From contig OZ024762.1 of NCBI GenBank assembly GCA_964016885.1, positions 17,546,001 through 17,610,000 of the forward strand: a stretch of DNA of 64,000 nucleotides. The letters run 5' to 3'. Shown here piece by piece: positions 43,101-57,840 of the stretch (position 1 is the stretch's first letter; every line of letters starts with the position of its first letter). This DNA is from Eledone cirrhosa (lineage: Eukaryota). The notes under the pieces are model-generated. The model was not told the origin of the DNA and did no database searches. It saw nothing but the letters and a program-made list of their open reading frames with translations. The position numbers were made by a program, and so were the translations under genes.

Positions 43101-45742
43101 TATATATGTATGTATGTATACATATGCATATATATACATATGCATATATATACATATGTATATATATATATACATATGTATATATATACATACATATGTA
43201 TATACATATACATATGTATATATATACATACATATGTATATACATACATATGTATGTATACATACATATGTATGTATGTATATATACATAGGTATTTATA
43301 CATACATAGATATGTATACGTATGTATGTATACATACGTATGTATATATATACATACGTAAGTATGTATATATATACATACGTAAGTATGTATACATGCA
43401 TACGTGTGTATACATACATACGTATGTATATATATATACACAAGTATGTATATATATATACACATACGTATGCATGTATATATATACATACGTATGTATA
43501 TATACATACGTACGTATGTATATACATACACATGTATGTATATACACACGTATGTATATACACACGTATGTATGTATATATACATACGTATGTACATACA
43601 TGTGTATGTATATACATACGTACTTATGTATAGATACATACGTATGTATATACATACGCATGTATGTATATACATATGTATGTATATACATACGCATGTA
43701 TGTATATACATACGTATGTATATATATACATATGTATATACATACGCATGTATGTATATATACATACGTATGCATGTATACATACATATGTATGTATACA
43801 TGCATACGTATGTATATATACATACATACGTATGTATACATACGTACGTATGTATATATACATACGTATGTATACATACATACGTATGTATTTACATACG
43901 TATGTATTTACATACGCATGTATGTATATATACATATGTATGTATACATACGTATGTATATATACATACATACGTATGTATATATACATACATACGTATG
44001 TATATATATATACATATGTATGTATATATACATACGTATGTATATATACATACGCATGTATGTATATATACATACGTATGTATACATACATACGTATGTA
44101 TACATACATACGTATGCATGTATACATACGTATGTATATACATACGTATGCATGTATACATACGTATGTATGTATATACATACGTATGCATGTATACATA
44201 CATACGTATGTATATACATACATATGTATATATACATACGTATGTATATACACATACATACGTATGTATACACACATACGTATGTATACACACATACGTA
44301 TGTATACACACATACGTATGTATATATACATACGTATGTATACATACATACGTATGTATACATATACATACGTATGTATATATATACATATGTATGTATA
44401 TATACATACGTATGTATACATACATACGTATGTATACATACATATGTATATACATACGTATGTATATACATACGTATGCATGTATACATACATACGTATG
44501 TATATACATACATATGTATATATACATACGTATGTATATACACATACATACGTATGTATATATACATACATATGTATACATACATACGTATGTATACATA
44601 TACATACGTATGTATATATATACATATGTATGTATATATACATACGTATGTATATACATACGCATGTATGTATATACATACGTATGCATGTATACATACG
44701 TATGTATATACATACGTATGCATGTATACATACGTATGTATATACATACATACGTAAGTATGTATATACATACGTATGCATGTATACATACATACGTATG
44801 TATATACATACATATGTATATATACATACGTATGTATATACACATACATACGTATGTATACACACATACGTATGTATATATACATACATACGTATGTATA
44901 TATACATACATATGTATACATACATACGTATGTATACATATACATACGTATGTATATATATACATATGTATGTATATATACATACGTATGTATATACATA
45001 CGCATGTATGTATATATACATACATATGTATATATACATACGTATGTATATACACATACATACGTATGTATACACACATACGTATGTATATATACATACA
45101 TACGTATGTATATATACATACATATGTATACATACATACGTATGTATACATATACATACGTATGTATATATATACATATGTATGTATATATACATACGTA
45201 TGTATATACATACGCATGTATGTATATATACATACGTATGTATATATACATACATACGTATGTATACATACATACGTAAGTATGCATATACATACGTATG
45301 TATATACATACATATGTATATATACATACGTATGTATATACACATACATACGTATGTATACACACATACGTATGTATACACACATACGTATGTATATATA
45401 CATACATACGTATATATATATACATGCATGTATACATACGTATGTATGTATATATACATACGTATGTATATATACGTATGTATACATACATACATATGTA
45501 TGTATATATACATACGTATGTATGCATACATACGTATGTATATACGTACGTATGTATACATGCATACGTATGTATGTATATATATACATATGTATGTATA
45601 CATATGTATGTATGTATATATATACGTATGTATATATATACATACATACGTATATATATATACATACGTATGTATATACATACATATGTATGTATATATA
45701 TATACATATGTATGTATATATACATACATATGTATGTATACA
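43100..45742. repeat. Complex (TAYR)n microsatellite field, ~2.6 kb
   Basis: Directly visible. Confidence 0.97.
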
Positions 45743-47563
45743 TCTTTAATTCCTTAGCTATATTTATATAATACACTAGTCTAGAGATATAAGGGTATTA
45801 ATATGTATGTAGGTTGTTGTCTTTATATCTGTGTAGTGTAACTTCTAAATTTACAATGAAGATATGCTTTATATACACAAAAGTGTCTATATGGTGAGTA
45901 TGCCTGTCTAGAGGAGAACAGGGTATTGATGTATCCTTTAAAGAAAAGGGTAACTGCTTATATATGGTTCTACATACTGTACTCTATTGAACACAACTTC
46001 AATATATAATGGAGGTACTTCTTCCAATATAAAGAAGGTATATTATAGACATGAAGTAAGCTTTGTGTGTCATATTGAATACAGTTTTTCTATATATGTG
46101 TGTATGTAAAGAACACTAAATTTCTTTGTATTTATACAGTTAGCTCTCTTGCTTCTTAGGAAGCATGTACACGTTCTACTATGAGATGCTTATACACAAC
46201 TAGAAGAACAATAGCAGTAGTTTCCTAAGAGACGTATGTGTAGTATCTAGCGAGGATGTATTGATATGTATGTACAGATCAAAACCTCTTATCTTATATA
46301 TGTATGATCACTTCCAGGTTTCTACATACACGTGTATAATATAAAGAGACACACACAATGTGGGTTTAGATATATTCTATAGAATACAGTTTCTAATATA
46401 CAGACATGTCTACATTGATGTTATTTACCTGTATATAGAGATGGCTTGTTTCTAGGAAATAATTTATATAATATGAATCTAGTATACAGTGACAGAAGGT
46501 TTTTGTCTTCCTACAGTGTAAGAGGTGTCTAGTGTGTGTATATATACAGGGAGTAAATAATAAGGGAACAAAGGAAAATACTGGTTTATTCTTTTATTTC
46601 ACAATTTATTTACCTTTCTTCTTGAGATAGGGTTGTAGTAGTCTCCAGGTCTGGTGCTGTTCCTTAGGAATATAAAATAGGTTAGTTGTGTATATAGTGA
46701 AGAACGTTTATATATGGATGATGTAGCTATCAAGCAGGTGAGGATGCTAGAAGTAGTAGTAAGGAGTCTTACGGCAGAGTAATGGAGCTACCATGCTTCG
46801 TTAGATATAAAATATAACTGTATGGTTTAGCTTCTATATTCATATGTCTAGAGAAGGTTTAGTTTCATGTCTATTATTCCAGTATGAACAAGTTTGTATA
46901 TTGCGCCTCATAAGTATCTGTTATGATAGAAGGGAGACCGTTTATATATGAATATAGCTTCATGTGTACGTATGTCCCCAGGATTCTTCCTCTACATGGT
47001 TTAGAATAAATTTACGGCTAATACATAAATATGCCTGAAGTGTTTGTGTATTTACGTGAAAAAGTGTCTTCTTGTATATAGAATATCTGCGTGTGTATTC
47101 AGGTATAAGGTTTATATACAGAAGATAAAATGTGTATAGAGAGGAAGCTTGGTTATATTTCCTTACAAGTATGTATATAGTATCGAGAGAAGATTTAGTT
47201 GTAACATGTTAGAAGAGGTGTGTATATATATATATACAGATCATGGTTAGTTTTGTTTCATAATAGAGGAGGGTAACATGTATGTTTAGTTAGAAGAGGT
47301 AGCTGCGTGTATATATTTAGTTTTGTTTCTTTAAAAGACATGGCAACTTACTTTTGTGTGTGTATATACGGCAAATAAAACTTTACATACCTCTTTACAC
47401 GAACGTAAAATCCAAACCGGTATCGTTAATAGTCCCAGAGTAAATAGAATGATGAGAAATGACAACAAAGTAAGAAGAGTTCCACAAACCGGAAGTAGTT
47501 CAATGTCAACAAAGGGCAAATAATTCCAATTAAGGGGAGATAACTCTCGTCAAATTGTTTGGC

Positions 47564-47728
47564 AAAAACTCATGCGAGGGGGAGAGCAGGCCAGCATAAA
47601 GCCAGCCTGCTGTGGTCCCGGCCGACCCCCGCAACGATTCGAACTTCAGACACGATCGAGTGGTCATGCCATACCGAAGTACAACAGCGAAGCCAGAAGC
47701 GCTACGTGCAGCGCCACGCACAAGCCGC
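47564..47728 (-). ncRNA. Putative Pol III structured small RNA gene, copy B
   Basis: Reverse complement of copy A with two pairing-compatible changes; TATAAGT upstream. Confidence 0.65.
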
Positions 47729-49322
47729 AATTCTACAGAGTCAAATAGGCATACTTATAGCTAACATTTTCCTTCTTTTTTAAAAAAAAAAGAAACGGAA
47801 AGAAAGCAAGATAACACGACATATTCCGAGTGTTATCTCGTTTTCTTTCCGTTTCTCTTTCTATATAAATATAACGGGATATATAGCCATTAAGTAACTG
47901 CTAGTGTTTTGTACATATATAACGGGATATACACGAATAGAAGCCAGGGAATATGTCGTAAAGGGTTGACTTATATAGGGAGTCAATAGTTTGACCATTT
48001 TCGCCAACTTCAAATTCTACGTAAATAAGGTTCGCATTTTTGCCCACTTCTCAGACATAAGATAGGGAGGAGGGTCACCTTATATTCGAGTATTTTGTAC
48101 ATCTATTCTTGTTAGACTAGACCGGCATCATCATGGGTAGAGCCGACCAGGTGCTACTGCGTTGAACGAGACTAAGGCTGCGATGGTCCTCAGGGCACTG
48201 CTGTCAATCGTCTTTGTGAGGGGCCACGTTTCTGCTCCATAGAGGAGAAGACTGATGCATCTTTTCAGAACAATTAATATGTAGGTAACATAGCCTTAGA
48301 GAGATCTGTATTTGTAATAGTTAGTATCGATTTGGGTAATCTTAAGACCATGATTCCAATCATCAATATATGTATTGATTAAACCTAAATATAGTATATA
48401 AAGAAGTGGATTTTAAAATATGCAATGATAGTGTCGAGAGAAGGCTTAGTTAGTTACTTCTAACAATGTACCACTATGAATAAGACAGAAGGCGGTGTAT
48501 GTAGATAGAATGTTTAGTTTTCCTGAGTATGAAGGGGTTTTAGTTATTATTCTTAGTAAAAAGACGGTTATATTATACATTTACGTCTCTAACATTCCTC
48601 CTGTATATGAAGGGTAGTGAAATATATTCTTGTGTCTCAGGAATAACTTACGTGTTTATCGATGAATTTAAGGGACAACTAAAAGATTACATACCTCTTT
48701 AGAAGAATGAAGGTGTATATATAAATGTAGCTTTATATGTGTATATTGATCTAGATAGGAAACGTTTCTTCCAGTGTATGGATTATAGAGGTGAATGCAT
48801 ACACTAAAGAAAGTTAATATATATATCTAAGACTGTATTTTCGAGTGTTTAGCAATGAATTAAAATATACATGGCAAATAAAGCGTTCGTATAGGTAAAT
48901 TAGAGGGTATTTTACCTCAGCTAAAGAACATTTATATATATATAAATCTAGTTTTGTGTGTGTATTTAGGTTTAAATAAAACAATATGTACGTCTCTAGA
49001 ATCTTTCTGTATATAGAATAATTGTTTCTACTTTTGGCACAAGGCCAGCAATTATCCAGTGCATTACTGGTACTTTATTTTATCGACCGCATAAGGATGA
49101 AAGGCATATAGAATAATGTATGTCTGTGAGTGTATATACGGCAAATAAAACATTACATACCTCTCACCATTAGTATAATATCCAGACTGATTCTATCAAA
49201 TTACACGAGTAAATCCAAACGATGTTAACAGTTTAATTCAATAAAGAAGAATGACAACAAACGAGAATAGTTCCAATCAGGGGCAAGTAATTCAAACGAT
49301 AACTCTCGGCGAATTTTTTAGT

Positions 49323-49476
49323 AAAAAAATCAATGCGAGGCGGGGACGCAGGCCAGCATAAAGCCGGGCTGCTGCCGCCGCAACGATTCGATCTTCAGAC
49401 ACATAGAATGGTCATGCCATACCGAAGTACGACAGCGAAGCCCGAAACGTTACGTGCAGCGCCATGCACAGAGCGC
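49323..49476 (-). ncRNA. Putative Pol III structured small RNA gene, copy C (diverged paralog)
   Basis: Mirror of copy D; TATA, A box, B box GATCGAATC, T7 terminator. Confidence 0.6.
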
Positions 49477-50509
49477 AACTCTACTGAGTAAATTAGTCAT
49501 ACTTATAGTTAGAATTTTATTTATTAAAAAAAAATATATATATAGAAACGGAATGAAGACGAGATAACTGAGGGCGTGGAGAAATATCTCTTTCTGAATA
49601 TATATATTTCGTATGGTGAGAGTTGAGATCTCTACCGAATAATTATCAATATTATACTTCGTCTCCGAAATATTTTCAGAAAGAAATTACTTTTTCACGA
49701 CCGTGTTACCTTACTTTCATCCCGTTTCTATATGTAACAAGTTTAAACTACTAGTATTTAATACATATATATATACAGAACAATAAGTATATTTACTTCA
49801 AGATAGTAATGTTTATGTTAATACAGAAAATAAAAAAATGCAAACCATCGATCTTAGTAATTAGTATCAATCACTAATTATCTATTTTGGTAATAAGCAT
49901 CTTAAGACCATGATTTCCTTCATCGATATGTGATTAGACCAAAATTTAGTATAATATATAAAGACTGTTCTCAGCTTATGACCAGTTTGCTTGGTGTTAA
50001 GTGTCTGGGAGTACAAGACTCTCCCTGGATAGTACGCTGGTCTACCACAGGACTAACTCCTCGGCTGTGAGTGCTGGAGCAATGTGATGAATGCAGAACT
50101 TCCAAACTGTGAGAGTTACATGTATGCATGGACCTGCAACTCCTAAGGGAGTCATACAGGCCACACATTGACATACAGTATTTCTAGGGCACTTTTTAAA
50201 ACCTGGCAGACCCATCTCCTCTCCAGGTCTGAATACAGCAGATTTCTTCCAGAGAAACAGAAGAATCAACCTCAATACTAGACTGGTACTTTGTTTTATC
50301 AACCTCAAATGGATGAAAGGCAAAGTTGACCTCAGCAGGATTTTAATTAAGAGAACTGAAGGCATTTTCTGTTACATTCATATATACATACTTACTTTGT
50401 CTAATAAACAAAACATCTTCTCTCTACACACACATAACATATAAAGCTACATTTATATATACCTCTTCTAAGAAATTAAACCTACTCTAGACTTACACAT
50501 AGATACAGT

Positions 50510-50857
50510 TCATCATCATCATCATCATTTCATTTTACGTCCGCTTTTCCCTGCTTGCAAGGGTGGGACGGGAATTGATGCTGGCTTGATTTCTACAGCT
50601 GGATGCCCTTCCTAACACCAACCTCATTTACAGTGAGTGCTGGGTGCTTTTTTGCCGTGGCACCTCCACGACCACTTTGCAGTGGAATTATAGGGACCCC
50701 AGTCCCTATCATCTCATTTCTACAGCTGAGTAAACTGGAGCAATGTGAAATAAAGTGTCTTGCTCAAGGAAACAACACATCACCCAGTCTGAGAATTGAA
50801 CTCACAACCTTTCGATTGCAAGCCCAATGCTCTAACCACTAAGCCATGTGCCTCCAC
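50510..50857 (-). mobile_element. Same tRNA-derived SINE, mirror copy
   Basis: Reverse complement of 59626-59970. Confidence 0.88.
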
Positions 50858-51494
50858 AGTTATATATAAATACTTACCTTGTCAAATAAACACAACTAAA
50901 TCTTCTCTAGTCAGACACACAAAGCTACATTTATATAAACATTCTTCTCTACAAAAGAGGATCAGCTGAAAAGCTCATAGGCTGGCTTTGAAGAAGTGAT
51001 GCTAGAACTGCGAGATATTGTGGTTAGGTTCATTATCATAGGACTTGGTGGAGCAATCAAAATTCACTGCCAACTCATGTACAACTTTATGATGTTCTTG
51101 ATTCATCGGTGAAAAAGAATGACTCTGATAGTTCTGTTTCATGTGAGGAAGACAAAAGGAAACCTTCAGAGTGTGCATTGAGCAATATGGGATATTTCTA
51201 GAATGTAACTAATGCTAACTTGAATCATCCTTGGACATCATCATACATGGTATATATATATAGTGTGTTTAGTACAGTGTAGTTGTAGCTAACTAGGTAT
51301 TTGGTTTTATGAAATGAAAGGGACAAAAAAACAAACTATATATATACACTGATATATGTGTTATAAGCAATCCAATACCACTGTTGGATAGATAGAGTGC
51401 TTAATCCTGCTTACACCAAAGTTTATGGATTAAGGTGGTGCAAACACAACACTTAAATAAAGGAAACAATATGTGGCCATAGTACAGAAAATTC

Positions 51495-51552
<58 letters not shown>

Positions 51553-51556
<4 letters not shown>

Positions 51557-51960
51557 TCGGGCTGGATTCTGTTGAGGGTCTTTGCCACAAGTGACATCAA
51601 TGAGATTCCCCTGTAGTTGTTCATGTTAGAAAGATCTCCCTTCTTTGGTACTGAGATGATGTTAGTGATCAAGGGCAACTTTCTCCAGTGCCTGGTTACA
51701 GAACTCCAGGATGATATCATCAAAATCACACCTCATCATCACTTTTGATGCCTCCCCATGGGTCATGATCTTCTTGGTTCGCTGAAGCCCCTCTCTGGCG
51801 AAGGTCCTGTCTCAATATCCAGTTCCTCAAACAGCTGTCTGATCTCCCTGGTATTCTGGGCTGTCGAAGGTGGCTCTCCTAGTAGGGTCTTAAAATGGTC
51901 CAGCCTCTTCTTATCCCCAGATCTAACTCAAACTACTTCTCTTCCTTCCTGTAATCTCGT
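51553..51960 (-). mobile_element. LINE RT fragment (RTE-like); mirror at ~58522-58929 on +
   Basis: IISVPKKGDLSNMNNYRGISLMSLVAKTLNRI. Confidence 0.85.
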
Positions 51961-52384
51961 TGATCATCATCCAGCTCTCTTTACACTTATATATATATAC
52001 ACTGACCTCCTACAAGGTTACATCTCAAAGGAGGTTTACACCAGTTCTTTTATCCCGAAACTTTTTCAGGAACTGTGGACAAGGAGTTTCTTATGGTTGT
52101 AAGTTTTTTGAAAGGGGAAAAATAACAGAAGGTGATTGTCGTGTGAAGGAGGAAGATTGGTAGAGCAATGGACTCCACAGACACTGGTAAGGGTAACTTA
52201 GAACAGGATGGAAAGGTATCCATGGTGAGTGAAAAACCTAACCATTGTTTCAGCTACAGCAGCAGAGGAGTTAAGTTATGGTGGGTTTGAAGAAAACAGA
52301 GTTGGATGTCTTCAATGTAGTGACTATATAGACCAGAGGCTTTCAACATAACTGATGAGTGTTTCAGTGGAGACCAGCAACCTC

Positions 52385-52595
52385 TGAGGAGCAGGGACTA
52401 CAGTAGTAGAGATAGAATAGGCAGAGGGAACGGCATATTTAGGGGCTGGGGAGAAGCAGAGACCACTGTAGTAGAGGTAGAGAGGGAACAGCATATTTAG
52501 GGTTGGGGAGGAGCAGAGACCATTGTAGTAGAGGTAGAGAGGGAACATCATATTTATGGGCTGGGGAGGAACAGAGACCATTGTAGTAGAGGTAT
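52385..52595. repeat. ~57-bp tandem repeat, ~3.5 copies; mirror at ~57888-58098
   Basis: agagaccaytgtagtagaggtagagagggaaca unit. Confidence 0.85.
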
Positions 52596-54154
52596 AATGT
52601 GCAGAAGGAGGAGAGACAATAATTGTGGACCAGAACCTGTTGAATTGTTGATAAAGCTGGAGTGTCATCCCTTAATGTAGCAACCTTGTCAACATGAATG
52701 TCCTTGGGGGATAAACCCCTTTTCTACACGTACTTGATAATACCACGATGCCAAATGTTGTCCATTTTCAAGAGGTCATTACTAATTACATTTGAAGTCC
52801 TCTTTCAACAGTCAGATGTCAGTTTACTTGGAAAGAAACAATGCAGTTATTATTAATAAGAAGAGTTGAAATTAATTCATGCAAGATTTCCCAGCTCTAG
52901 CATCAGTCCTTCATAGTCAGCCAACCTTCGTACTTCTGCTGGGTCAAGCCCGACGGAGACTGACGTCTTAAACAAGCCCCAACAAATAAGAAAGATTTAG
53001 AAGAGAATATACTAATTACTAGATATTCACACAAAAGTGACATTAGAATTATTGCTGGAAATAGCAGCCAAATATTTATCGCTCGCCACGTTTTAAAATA
53101 ATGAAGGACACATTAGAAGATGTAATTTTAGATAGTCATATATACACATATTTGTCAACGCTGGAATCTCATTGATTCTATATACATAAGTCGGTTCTCA
53201 GAAGACCTATTCAGGTTATGGGAACTGTTTGTCCCCCGTGTAAAAATTTGGCGTATATATATATAAATATATATATATACTTATATATGTCTGTATGCAT
53301 TTTGTTGGCGTTTAAATGGTGAAAATTTCATAAGGTAGCTGTTGTTTACTTTCATCGACAAGTCAGACCTGAGCGATCAAGACATATATTTACATATACA
53401 TAATCAAAAGTAAAAACATTGTTAATATCTTCCTACACAGATAAAATATAAAAGATTGTATTTACATGTGTCACAGCTAATTCACCTCCGTAATTCTTAG
53501 GAAACCTGGCTTCTATTTCTAGCAAGTGGAGCGTAGACGTAGAGACGTGTTGCTGTTGTTTACTTTTATTCACAGGTCTTGAACGAGCAAGACAAGATGA
53601 CCCGACATGTGTGTAATCGATGGTATACCTGCCGTGACCATCCTGTGTTTATATGATTATCAAGGTACTCACATCTACATCGTTGAATGCACCTTTCATT
53701 GTTTTAAAAGGGGTTGTAGAAGACAGAACATCTGAGGGTGAGAGGCCGGAGATCGTCAGTGAGTGGCTTTAAATTAATTAGCCATGATTCTATGAAATAA
53801 AGAAGCGAAATCACTTTGAAGAAAAATAGGAGAACAATAGTAATTATTATGAGGCCGGTGTAGCGATTACATATTGCCCTTTGTTTACATTAACCACTCC
53901 CGACACCATGGTAATTAGATATTCAGATTACAGGGAGGTGTGGGATGGAAGTAATTCTTTTATTTATTTACTTAACAACAAACACGGTGGCAAAGAGTAA
54001 ATTAAAAAAACTCGCCTTTTTATTTTAAAAAAAATCAAGCCTAACCTCTCCCATGATGCATCAGTGCGGCTAAATAAGTCGCAACAATGGGTGCATAAAT
54101 TATTTCGAATTTCTTAGTAATTATTTGTATATACTTACATTGTTTGCATATAAG

Positions 54155-55163
54155 GTAGGCTTAAAAGTTCATAGGCTCACTATGAAAGAGTGATGCTAGG
54201 GCTGTGCAATCTTGCATGTTGAAAAATAAACCTCATTTGGTCATTCCATGAGAGTATCTTGGTCAGCCTATGAAGGAGTGATGCTAGAGCTGTGCAATCT
54301 TGCATGTTGAAAAATAAACCTCATTTGGTCATTCCATGAGAGTATCTTGGTCAGCCTATGAAGGAGTGATGCTAGAGCTGTGCAATCTTGCATGTTGAAA
54401 AATAAACCTCATTTGGTCATTCCATGAGAGTATCTTGGTCAGCCTATGAAGGAGTGATGCTAGAGCTGTGCAATCTTGCATGTTGAAAAATAAACCTCAT
54501 TTGGTCATTCCATGAGAGTATCTTGGTCAGCCTATGAAGGAGTGATGCTAGAGCTGTGAAATCTTGCATGTTGAAAAATAAACCTCATTTGGACATTCCA
54601 TGAGAGTATCTTGGTCAGTCTATGAAGGAGTGATGCTAGAGCTGTGAAATCTTGCATGTTGAAAAATAAACCTCATTTGGTCATTCCATGAGAGTATCTT
54701 GGTCAGCCTATGAAGGAGTGATGCTAGAGCTGTGCAATCTTGCATGTTGAAAAATAAACCTCATTTGGTCATTCCATGAGAGTATCTTGGTCAGCCTATG
54801 AAGGAGTGATGCTAGAGCTGTGAAATCTTGCATGTTGAAAAATAAACGTCATTTGGACATTCCATGAGAGTATCTTGGTCAGTCTATGAAGGAGTGATGC
54901 TAGAGCTGTGAAATCTTGCATGTTGAAAAATAAACCTCATTTGATCATTCCATGAGAGTATCTTGGTCAGCTTATGAAGGAATGATGCTAGGGCTCTGCA
55001 ATCTTGCATGTTGAAAAATAAACCTCATTTGGTCATTCCATGAAAGTATCTTGGTCAGCCTATGAAGGAGTGATGCTAGAGCTGTGAAATCTTGCATGTT
55101 GAAAAATAAACCTCATTTGGTCATTCCATGAGAGTATCTTGTCAGCCTATGAAGGAGTGATGC
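54155..55163 (+). repeat. 88-bp satellite (~11 copies) derived from mariner termini
   Basis: Unit tatgaaggagtgatgctagagctgtgmaatcttgcatgttgaaaaataaacctcatttggtcattccatgagagtatcttggtcagcc; period 54269 to 54357. Confidence 0.95.
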
Positions 55164-55244
55164 TATATATATATATATATATATAGTTATATATACATGT
55201 ATATATATATATACATGTATAAATATATACATGTATATATATAC

Positions 55245-55475
55245 ATGAGAGATTTGCATGACGTGGAGGTGGATGTCCTCAAGAAACATCTCGACACCTT
55301 GTTATCCAGAATCCCGGATGAGCCCACAGCAAGACACGAGGGAAACCTAAGGGCAGCAGCAACAAACTCCCTCTTACACCAGTAGCCAACCTATACAGGC
55401 TGGAGATAAAATGTGTAGCAACAAGGGCGGTGCCCCAGCCTGGCCTCAGCCGGATGGCTGAAACAGGTAAAAGAG
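55245..55475 (+). mobile_element. 3' end of a CR1/L2-group-like LINE
   Basis: [37 protein letters not shown], followed by a 3' UTR and TA tail. Confidence 0.65.
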
Positions 55476-55501
55476 TATATGTGTATATATGGATATATAC
55501 A

Positions 55502-55594
<93 letters not shown>

Positions 55595-55786
55595 GTATAT
55601 CTATATCTATATCTATATATAAATGTATTGTTATACTTTGGGAGGGTCATGTTGCCAATAAGAAACACACGCACCAGTTGCTTTCACTTCAATTTATTAT
55701 ATATTTATAAATTTATAAATTTACAAATTTACAAACTTATAAATTTCTGGTTGGTTGGTTCCACAACCAGATAGTTGTTTATATAT

Positions 55787-55831
55787 AGTCATAGTCCTTT
55801 CGTCACACACTCTGTGACCTCTTCAGTGACT
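55787..55831 (-). ncRNA. Minimal type I hammerhead ribozyme motif, inverted copy
   Basis: Exact reverse complement of 55941-55985. Confidence 0.7.
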
Positions 55832-55940
55832 GGGGATTCCTTTCTTTGTTTCTGTGCCTTTCCTTTCTTCTGCCCTACGCCAAACAAAATGGCGTAGGAC
55901 AGACGAAAGGAAAGGCACAGAAACAAAGAAAGGAATCCCC

Positions 55941-55985
55941 AGTCACTGAAGAGGTCACAGAGTGTGTGACGAAAGGACTATGACT
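55941..55985 (+). ncRNA. Minimal type I hammerhead ribozyme motif
   Basis: AGUCA-CUGAAGA-G-GUCACA(GAGUG)UGUGAC-GAAA-GGAC-UA-UGACU. Confidence 0.7.
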
Positions 55986-57550
55986 ATATATAAACAACTA
56001 TCTGGTTGTGGAACCAACCAACCAACCAACCAGAAATTTATAAGTTTGTAGATTTGTAAATTTATAAATTTATAAATATATAATAAATTGAAGTGAAACA
56101 ATTGGTGCGTGTGTTTCTTATTGGCAACATGACCCCCCCAAAGTATAACAATATCGGTTTCAACACACGATTTCAGATAAAGAATCTTGCTAAACAAATT
56201 CAGAAACGAAATATATATAAATGTATATATATATAATGATGTGTGCACCTATTAAAAATCCACAAAATCCTTTTAATATTGTCGTTTTCGTCCATAGCAA
56301 GTGTTCTTTCGAAATAATTTTTGCACCCATTTTTGCGATTAAGTAAAGACAGAGTTATCGTTCTTGAGATTTCGTCTTGGTGAAATTTAAGGAACTGATG
56401 TCGCTAAAGCGTCAACTTATTTAGCCGCACTGTTGCATCATGGGAGAGGTTAGGCTTGATTTTTTTTAAAATAAAAAGGCGAGTTTTTTTAATTTACTCT
56501 TTGCCACCGTGTTTGTTGTTAAGTAAATAAATAAAAGAATTACTTCCATCCCACACCTCCCTGTAATCTGAATATCGTGTCGGGAGTGGTTAATGTAAAC
56601 AAAGGGCAATATGTAATCGCTACACCGGCCTCATAATAATTACTATTGTTCTCCTATTTTTCTTCAAAGTGATTTCGCTTCTTTATTTCATAGAATCATG
56701 GCTAATTAATTTAAAGCCACTCACTGACGATCTCCGGCCTCTCACCCTCAGATGTTCTGTCTTCTACAACCCCTTTTAAAACAATGAAAGGTGCATTCAA
56801 CGATGTAGATGTGAGTACCTTGATAATCATATAAACACAGGATGGTCACGGCAGGTATACCATCGATTACACACATGTCGGGTCATCTTGTCTTGCTCGT
56901 TCAAGACCTGTGAATAAAAGTAAACAACAGCAACACGTCTCTACGTCTACGCTCCACTTGCTAGAAATAGAAGCCAGGTTTCCTAAGAATTACGGAGGTG
57001 AATTAGCTGTGACACATGTAAATACAATCTTTTATATTTTATCTGTGTAGGAAGATATTAACAATGTTTTTACTTTTGATTATGTATATGTAAATATATG
57101 TCTTGATCGCTCAGGTCTGACTTGTCGATGAAAGTAAACAACAGCTACCTTATGAAATTTTCACCATTTAAACGCCAACAAAATGCATACAGACATATAT
57201 AAGTATATATATATATTTATATATATATACGCCAAATTTTTACACGGGGGACAAACAGTTCCCATAACCTGAATAGGTCTTCTGAGAACCGACTTATGTA
57301 TATAGAATCAATGAGATTCCAGCGTTGACAAATATGTGTATATATGACTATCTAAAATTACATCTTCTAATGTGTCCTTCATTATTTTAAAACGTGGCGA
57401 GCGATAAATATTTGGCTGCTATTTCCAGCAATAATTCTAATGTCACTTTTGTGTGAATATCTAGTAATTAGTATATTCTCTTCTAAATCTTTCTTATTTG
57501 TTGGGGCTTGTTTAAGACGTCAGTCTCCGTCGGGCTTGACCCAGCAGAAG

Positions 57551-57840
57551 TACGAAGGTTGGCTGACTATGAAGGACTGATGCTAGAGCTGGGAAATCTT
57601 GCATGAATTAATTTCAACTCTTCTTATTAATAATAACTGCATTGTTTCTTTCCAAGTAAACTGACATCTGACTGTTGAAAGAGGACTTCAAATGTAATTA
57701 GTAATGACCTCTTGAAAATGGACAACATTTGGCATCGTGGTATTATCAAGTACGTGTAGAAAAGGGGTTTATCCCCCAAGGACATTCATGTTGACAAGGT
57801 TGCTACATTAAGGGATGACACTCCAGCTTTATCAACAATT
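57551..57840 (+). mobile_element. Mariner transposon 5' end with N-terminal transposase remnant; mirror at ~52642-52932 on -
   Basis: From 57718: MDNIWHRGIIKYV*KKG/LSPKDIHVDKVATLRDDTPALST (mariner HTH-like); terminus begins ta|cgaaggttggctga. Confidence 0.8.

Larger units (their letters stand above)
38980..48110. repeat. Older diverged inverted duplication: arms ~38980-41466 and ~45780-48110 around a satellite spacer
   Basis: Colinear reverse-complement matches with many indels; patchy homology extends to ~38440 and ~48400. Confidence 0.9.
55627..56152. mobile_element. Inverted pair of Penelope-like terminal repeats (~255-bp arms, loop near 55881-55889)
   Basis: Arms are reverse-complementary and each carries a minimal hammerhead motif. 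Confidence 0.65.

Noticed and set aside
54155-55163. CRISPR-like regular array
   Set aside because: No unique spacers and no cas genes; a plain 88-bp tandem repeat in eukaryotic DNA
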